Source: Clostridia bacterium
GTDB taxonomy: Bacteria > Bacillota > Clostridia > Peptostreptococcales > Anaerovoracaceae
NCBI GenBank assembly: GCA_024403215.1
Contig: JAKSSJ010000001.1
Location: forward strand, 1 to 59,498
Reading direction: 5' to 3'
DNA length: 59,498 nucleotides
Below, piece after piece: positions 56,185 to 59,498 of this stretch. Position numbers and translations under genes: made by a program. The number at the start of each line of letters is the position of its first letter. Position 1 is the stretch's first letter. The notes below the pieces were generated by a model. The model did not search any database. It worked only from the letters and a program-made list of their open reading frames with translations, and was not told the DNA's origin.

Positions 56185-56784
56185 ATGCGCAGAAGAGATA
56201 GAGAAGTAACAGATTTACATGAAATAAAACATATATTAGATACTGGAAAGACGCTACATCTTGGTTTAGTTGATGATGGGAAGCCTTATGTTGTTCCAAT
56301 GAACTTTGGTTATGCTTTCGAAAATGACAGGCTTGTATTCTATGTGCATGGTGCTCTAGAAGGTAGGAAGTTAGATATCATCAGAAAAAACTCAGCATGC
56401 TGTGTGCAAATAGAATGTGATGTTAAGCCATTTGAAGGAAGCGTGGCATGCCAGTACGGTGTCAGCTATTATTCATTAGATGGTTTTGGCACAGCAAAAA
56501 TCGTAGACGATCCTCAAGAAAAGATGAAGGCTCTAAGCATTCTAATGAAGACGCAAACCTCCAAAGATTTTGAGTTTAACGAAAAACTTGTATCAGTGGT
56601 TAGCGTCATTCGGATTGAATGTGATTACTATACAGCAAAACACAGACCACTACCTGGGGCCATCAAAGCCGCTCCCCTTAATAGCAAGTGGAATCATTCT
56701 TTGGAAAGTCTAAATAATTTCTCTGAGGACTTTATGCAAGAAAGGCCAGATCAGCCACGCAGTGAAGAAAGAAATTCATTATAA
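56185..56784 (+). CDS. pyridoxamine 5'-phosphate oxidase-like (FMN-binding split barrel, NimA-like) protein
   Basis: MRRRDREVTDLHEIKHILDTGKTLHLGLVDDGKPYVVPMNFGY.. is typical of this family. RBS TAGGAG. The track start 56122 was rejected. Confidence 0.7.
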   Translation: MRRRDREVTDLHEIKHILDTGKTLHLGLVDDGKPYVVPMNFGYAFENDRLVFYVHGALEGRKLDIIRKNSACCVQIECDVKPFEGSVACQYGVSYYSLDGFGTAKIVDDPQEKMKALSILMKTQTSKDFEFNEKLVSVVSVIRIECDYYTAKHRPLPGAIKAAPLNSKWNHSLESLNNFSEDFMQERPDQPRSEERNSL

Positions 56785-56812
56785 AAAATCAACGGGTTAG
56801 TTCCCGTTGATT
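56781..56812 (-). terminator. Terminator hairpin for the DUF4230-like gene (stop codon lies in the loop)
   Basis: AATCAACGGG/CCCGTTGATT 10-bp stem, followed on the minus strand by TTTTTTAT. Confidence 0.65.
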
Positions 56813-57399
56813 TGTAAATTGTAGCCACCAACAACTACATATTGATTCATGAATGCGGCAATTACCTTTTTGGCATTGTCTTCTGCCTTAGTTAAAAGGC
56901 CTGCGGAGATTGCATCGGTCTCCGCTTTTTCTTTTATTGTTTGCTCGGCAGCGTTTGCATCAACCGGTGTAATTGGATTAAACAGATTGTTGTGCTCGTC
57001 AAGCATTTCGTAAGAGCCGTTATTAATTTCATTACTAATTATTTTGGCGCCAGAAATGCTCACGCTAATTGTCTTACTTTCTTCATCTACATCAACTTTG
57101 ATATTTCCAAAATCAACTCCAGCCTTAATAACTCCGCTGCACTTGATGATAAAACTCTTTTTGGTCAAAGGAATATTAAAGTCCTTAAAAGTTTTTTGAT
57201 CCTGGAATGTTTCTACTGATGTATACAAATATTCTTCAGTCGCGAGCTGTGCAATATCTGCCAACCCACTTTTGATTGTATCAACGCTTAGGCTTTGTTT
57301 GTTGCCAAAAAGAGACTCGTTGGTATAAAGCTTAAACCCCAACACAGCAACAACTACGAGCAATATTACAATTATTATTTTATATACCGTTTTCATCAT
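56797..57399 (-). CDS. DUF4230-like membrane-anchored protein
   Basis: 200 aa with an N-terminal TM (KIIIVILLVVVAVLGF) and ..GVIKAGVDFGNIKVDVDEE.., resembling DUF4230. Confidence 0.5.
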   Translation of the reverse strand: MMKTVYKIIIVILLVVVAVLGFKLYTNESLFGNKQSLSVDTIKSGLADIAQLATEEYLYTSVETFQDQKTFKDFNIPLTKKSFIIKCSGVIKAGVDFGNIKVDVDEESKTISVSISGAKIISNEINNGSYEMLDEHNNLFNPITPVDANAAEQTIKEKAETDAISAGLLTKAEDNAKKVIAAFMNQYVVVGGYNLQINGN

Positions 57400-57430
57400 T
57401 CACCACCTACAAAATGTTTATGTTGTTAAT

Positions 57431-57461
57431 GTTGTCAACGGGGTCTGACCCCGTTGACAAC
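57431..57461. repeat. Palindromic repeat family copy D
   Basis: GTTGTCAACGGGGTCTGACCCCGTTGACAAC: perfect 15-bp arms around a single T. Confidence 0.9.
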
Positions 57462-57468
57462 TTTCACC

Positions 57469-57579
57469 TCACTTGCCGTTTTTGATGAAATGTCTAAAAG
57501 CAAAGAAGATGAGTGTGCAATCGATGATTGCTGCACAAATTAATATTACTAATGGTAATCCTGATATATCCTTAATCAT
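57469..57579 (-). CDS. possible 36-aa hydrophobic micro-protein coupled to the upstream membrane-protein gene
   Basis: My translation is MIKDISGLPLVILICAAIIDCTLIFFAFRHFIKNGK. A GGAGG lies 7 nt upstream and overlaps the stop of the 57590-58252 gene. Confidence 0.4.
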   Translation of the reverse strand: MIKDISGLPLVILICAAIIDCTLIFFAFRHFIKNGK

Positions 57580-57589
57580 GTCGTGCCTC

Positions 57590-58252
57590 CTATATCCATC
57601 CGATAAATGCGCAAATTACGATAAGAATCACGTCGAATCCTAAAATGCCGCCAACAATTTTTATACTGTTTTTGATTTCCTTTTGATCATATACAAGGAA
57701 AGCAGCGGAGAAGAATGGTAAGTATCCAATGATCCATAATACCCATGGACATGATCTTTGCCAGAACGACCACTCCCAAGTAAGTAGTCCGCAATAATTC
57801 AAGAAACATTCAACAATTACTGCTGCAGTTGTTAAGATGCAGGCAACAACAATTCTGTTGTTTATGCCGAAGATTTTTTTCTTTGGGTCGTCAGGCAGAT
57901 TGTGACATGCCATAATGCCCATGATAAAGAACATCATTGATATTTCTACGTTGTAGCCAATCATAAGCAGCCATGCAGTATTGCCTACACCAACTGGCGT
58001 GCCCCATACTGGTGCCCAGCCGCTGGAGAAACAAATCATTGAGTTCCAAATTTCATTAAAGATGTCAACGCCCCAGAGCGCAAAGCCTGCAAGCACTGCT
58101 TTGTAATTCTTTTCATGAATTTCTTTTGCAGCAATATACAGCACTATTACGAAAAGTGGCACTACATACCAGTGCATTGTTTGTGATGGGTGACGCAAAA
58201 TTGTAAGCGCCGACTGAGTATACTCAGAAAATCCTTCCATACATGCCTCCAA
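57590..58252 (-). CDS. multi-pass membrane protein of unknown function
   Basis: 220-aa ORF with about 6 hydrophobic helices and many Trp residues; no family recognised. Confidence 0.55.
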   Translation of the reverse strand: MEACMEGFSEYTQSALTILRHPSQTMHWYVVPLFVIVLYIAAKEIHEKNYKAVLAGFALWGVDIFNEIWNSMICFSSGWAPVWGTPVGVGNTAWLLMIGYNVEISMMFFIMGIMACHNLPDDPKKKIFGINNRIVVACILTTAAVIVECFLNYCGLLTWEWSFWQRSCPWVLWIIGYLPFFSAAFLVYDQKEIKNSIKIVGGILGFDVILIVICAFIGWI

Positions 58253-58284
58253 AAATACTTATCTTAAAACATTATCTACAATAT

Positions 58285-58315
58285 GTTGTCAATGGGGTCT
58301 GACCCCGTTGACAAC
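58285..58315. repeat. Palindromic repeat family copy E
   Basis: GTTGTCAATGGGGTCTGACCCCGTTGACAAC, 3 nt downstream of the yqeY stop. Confidence 0.9.
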
Positions 58316-58317
58316 TT

Positions 58318-58761
58318 TTATTTTGTTCCTGAAAGCTTTGCAACAACTTCGCTAATTACCTTACCATCAGCTTTGCCCTTAAGCTCCGCCATAACGGCTT
58401 TCATAATCTGCCCCTTGTTTCCAGTTGCTAATACGTCTGCAAATTTTTCTTTGAGCAATTTCTCAACTTCTTCTGCAGAAAGCATCTTTGGAGCAAACTC
58501 TTCAACAACGGAAAGGTTGAATTTGTATTTTTCTAAAAGGTCTTGTCTTGTTGCAGGGCAAGTATCGATTTGTTCTTTTACAGATTTAAGCTCCTTCAAA
58601 AGAACGCTATCAACCATTTCTTCTGTAATGTTATCTCTTTCTCCCGCATCAATTGCAACCTTTTTAACAGCAGCAACAAGAAGGGAAATTGTTTCCTTTC
58701 TATCTGCTTCATGCGCTTTCATTGCGGCAATCATTGCCTTTTGTAAATCTTCAAATTTCAT
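58318..58761 (-). CDS. yqeY: GatB/YqeY domain protein
   Basis: MKFEDLQKAMIAAMKAHEADRKETISLLVAAVKK...GQIMKAVMAELKGKADGKVISEVV.. is typical of YqeY. Confidence 0.85.
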   Translation of the reverse strand: MKFEDLQKAMIAAMKAHEADRKETISLLVAAVKKVAIDAGERDNITEEMVDSVLLKELKSVKEQIDTCPATRQDLLEKYKFNLSVVEEFAPKMLSAEEVEKLLKEKFADVLATGNKGQIMKAVMAELKGKADGKVISEVVAKLSGTK

Positions 58762-59165
58762 TTTTTCTCACCTCTATCTATTTTTTTCACTAATCCGTCT
58801 GCAAAGCTTATTAAGCTATCTGCAATTTCTCTAATATCATTTATATCTTCTATAAGTGCGATAAAGTCGTCATTATATCTTGTTGATGTTTCCCACTCCA
58901 AAAGCATTGGCGCAAAACGTCTTAGCTCGTCAAAACATGGAAGCTGCACGCCTGCTTCTTTTAAAAGATTCATTTGCGCTCTTACGTCATGGTTTTCAAC
59001 ATAATGCTGACCCGTCATCTCGACACAATATTTTAATACAAACTCAATTGTTTGCTGGAGGTCGTTGCAGCAGGTATCAATATATGCATCGTCCATGCCA
59101 ATTCTATTGTAATTATATTCGGCATTATCTCTTTTTACTTTTGCTCTTGCTAGCAATTTGCTCAT
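58758..59165 (-). CDS. HEPN domain protein (toxin partner of an MNT-HEPN pair)
   Basis: MSKLLARAKVKRDNAEYNY...LEWETSTRYNDDF... is HEPN-like. Its ATG at 59165 overlaps the stop of the upstream nucleotidyltransferase gene (ATGA). The track start 59255 was rejected. Confidence 0.65.
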   Translation of the reverse strand: MSKLLARAKVKRDNAEYNYNRIGMDDAYIDTCCNDLQQTIEFVLKYCVEMTGQHYVENHDVRAQMNLLKEAGVQLPCFDELRRFAPMLLEWETSTRYNDDFIALIEDINDIREIADSLISFADGLVKKIDRGEKK

Positions 59166-59498
59166 ATTATCCTCTCCCCTTGCATTATTCCCTGATAAAG
59201 CTGGCTGTCTTTTGGTTCCTCGCAAAGCCAAACAATATCGCACTGCCAGTTGCATGCTTTTGAGATTTCCTCTCCAATGGCCGCGCGCAGCTGCATGTTG
59301 TCCTTGGGCTTATCAAGCAAAATTGCAATATCAACATCTGACTTAACGTTGCATCTTAAATTTGTAGAGCTTCCAAAAATATATGCCTCTTTTACTTCTG
59401 CATGACTTTTTAAGATCTTGTAGACATCTACAACCTTAGCTTGGTTTAAAGGATGGATTCTTTCAACAGAAAATTCCTGAGGTCCTACGACAACAGGA
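59162..59498 (-). CDS. minimal nucleotidyltransferase (MNT) domain protein; 5' end outside the window
   Basis: My translation is ...KEAYIFGSSTNLRCNVKSDVDIAILLDKP...CDIVWLCEE...QGIMQGERII*, showing the GS...DxD nucleotidyltransferase signature. There is no start codon inside the window. Confidence 0.65.
   Translation of the reverse strand, partial: PVVVGPQEFSVERIHPLNQAKVVDVYKILKSHAEVKEAYIFGSSTNLRCNVKSDVDIAILLDKPKDNMQLRAAIGEEISKACNWQCDIVWLCEEPKDSQLYQGIMQGERII

Noticed and set aside
58283-58834. The 183-aa plus-strand ORF (starts MLSMGSDPVDN).
   Set aside because: It begins inside palindrome copy E and runs antisense through yqeY with a Ser/Phe/Leu-rich low-complexity translation. yqeY on the other strand is clearly recognisable.

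Overview
This 59.5-kb window looks like the chromosomal replication-origin region of a low to mid-GC Firmicute, probably Clostridia or Lachnospiraceae-like. That placement is inferred from gene content and codon usage, not from any search. Gene polarity switches at about 21.7-22.0 kb.

Left arm, mostly minus strand: a DUF1846 protein, rpsF-ssb-rpsR, three tandem M42 peptidases, a nucleotidyltransferase, chorismate mutase, ArsR, Mrp/ApbC, DUF1934, ddl, several transporters, a methyltransferase-CsoR fusion, trpS and gyrB-gyrA.

Right arm, almost all plus strand: dnaA-dnaN-recF, then rpmH-rnpA-yidD-yidC-jag-mnmE-mnmG-rsmG-parA-parB. These are followed by an SLH-anchored surface protein, an SGNH hydrolase, rnhA, a yycH/yycI/walJ/htrA-like cluster, ftsH, a PucR-like regulator, coaX, dusB, greA, a lysS-HD fusion and yhbY. 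The window ends with a MazF-type TA module, several small or unknown membrane and surface proteins, yqeY and an MNT-HEPN pair.

I saw no rRNA, tRNA, CRISPR array, transposase, integrase or phage genes, and no convincing new multi-gene system.

The least explained signals are:
- an AT-rich, foreign-looking patch covering dnaN and the 5' part of recF;
- an origin gene order equivalent to an inversion of dnaA-dnaN-recF;
- a 29-31-bp palindromic repeat family (5 copies) that brackets small cassettes;
- GC-rich, highly structured non-coding repeat modules at 2.5-2.7 kb and 31.95-32.4 kb, the latter bracketed by perfect parS sites;
- several unusual domain fusions (LysRS-HD, methyltransferase-CsoR, YhdT-like-PanF-like).

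All family assignments come from reading the translated ORFs and recognising motifs by eye. No database search was possible.
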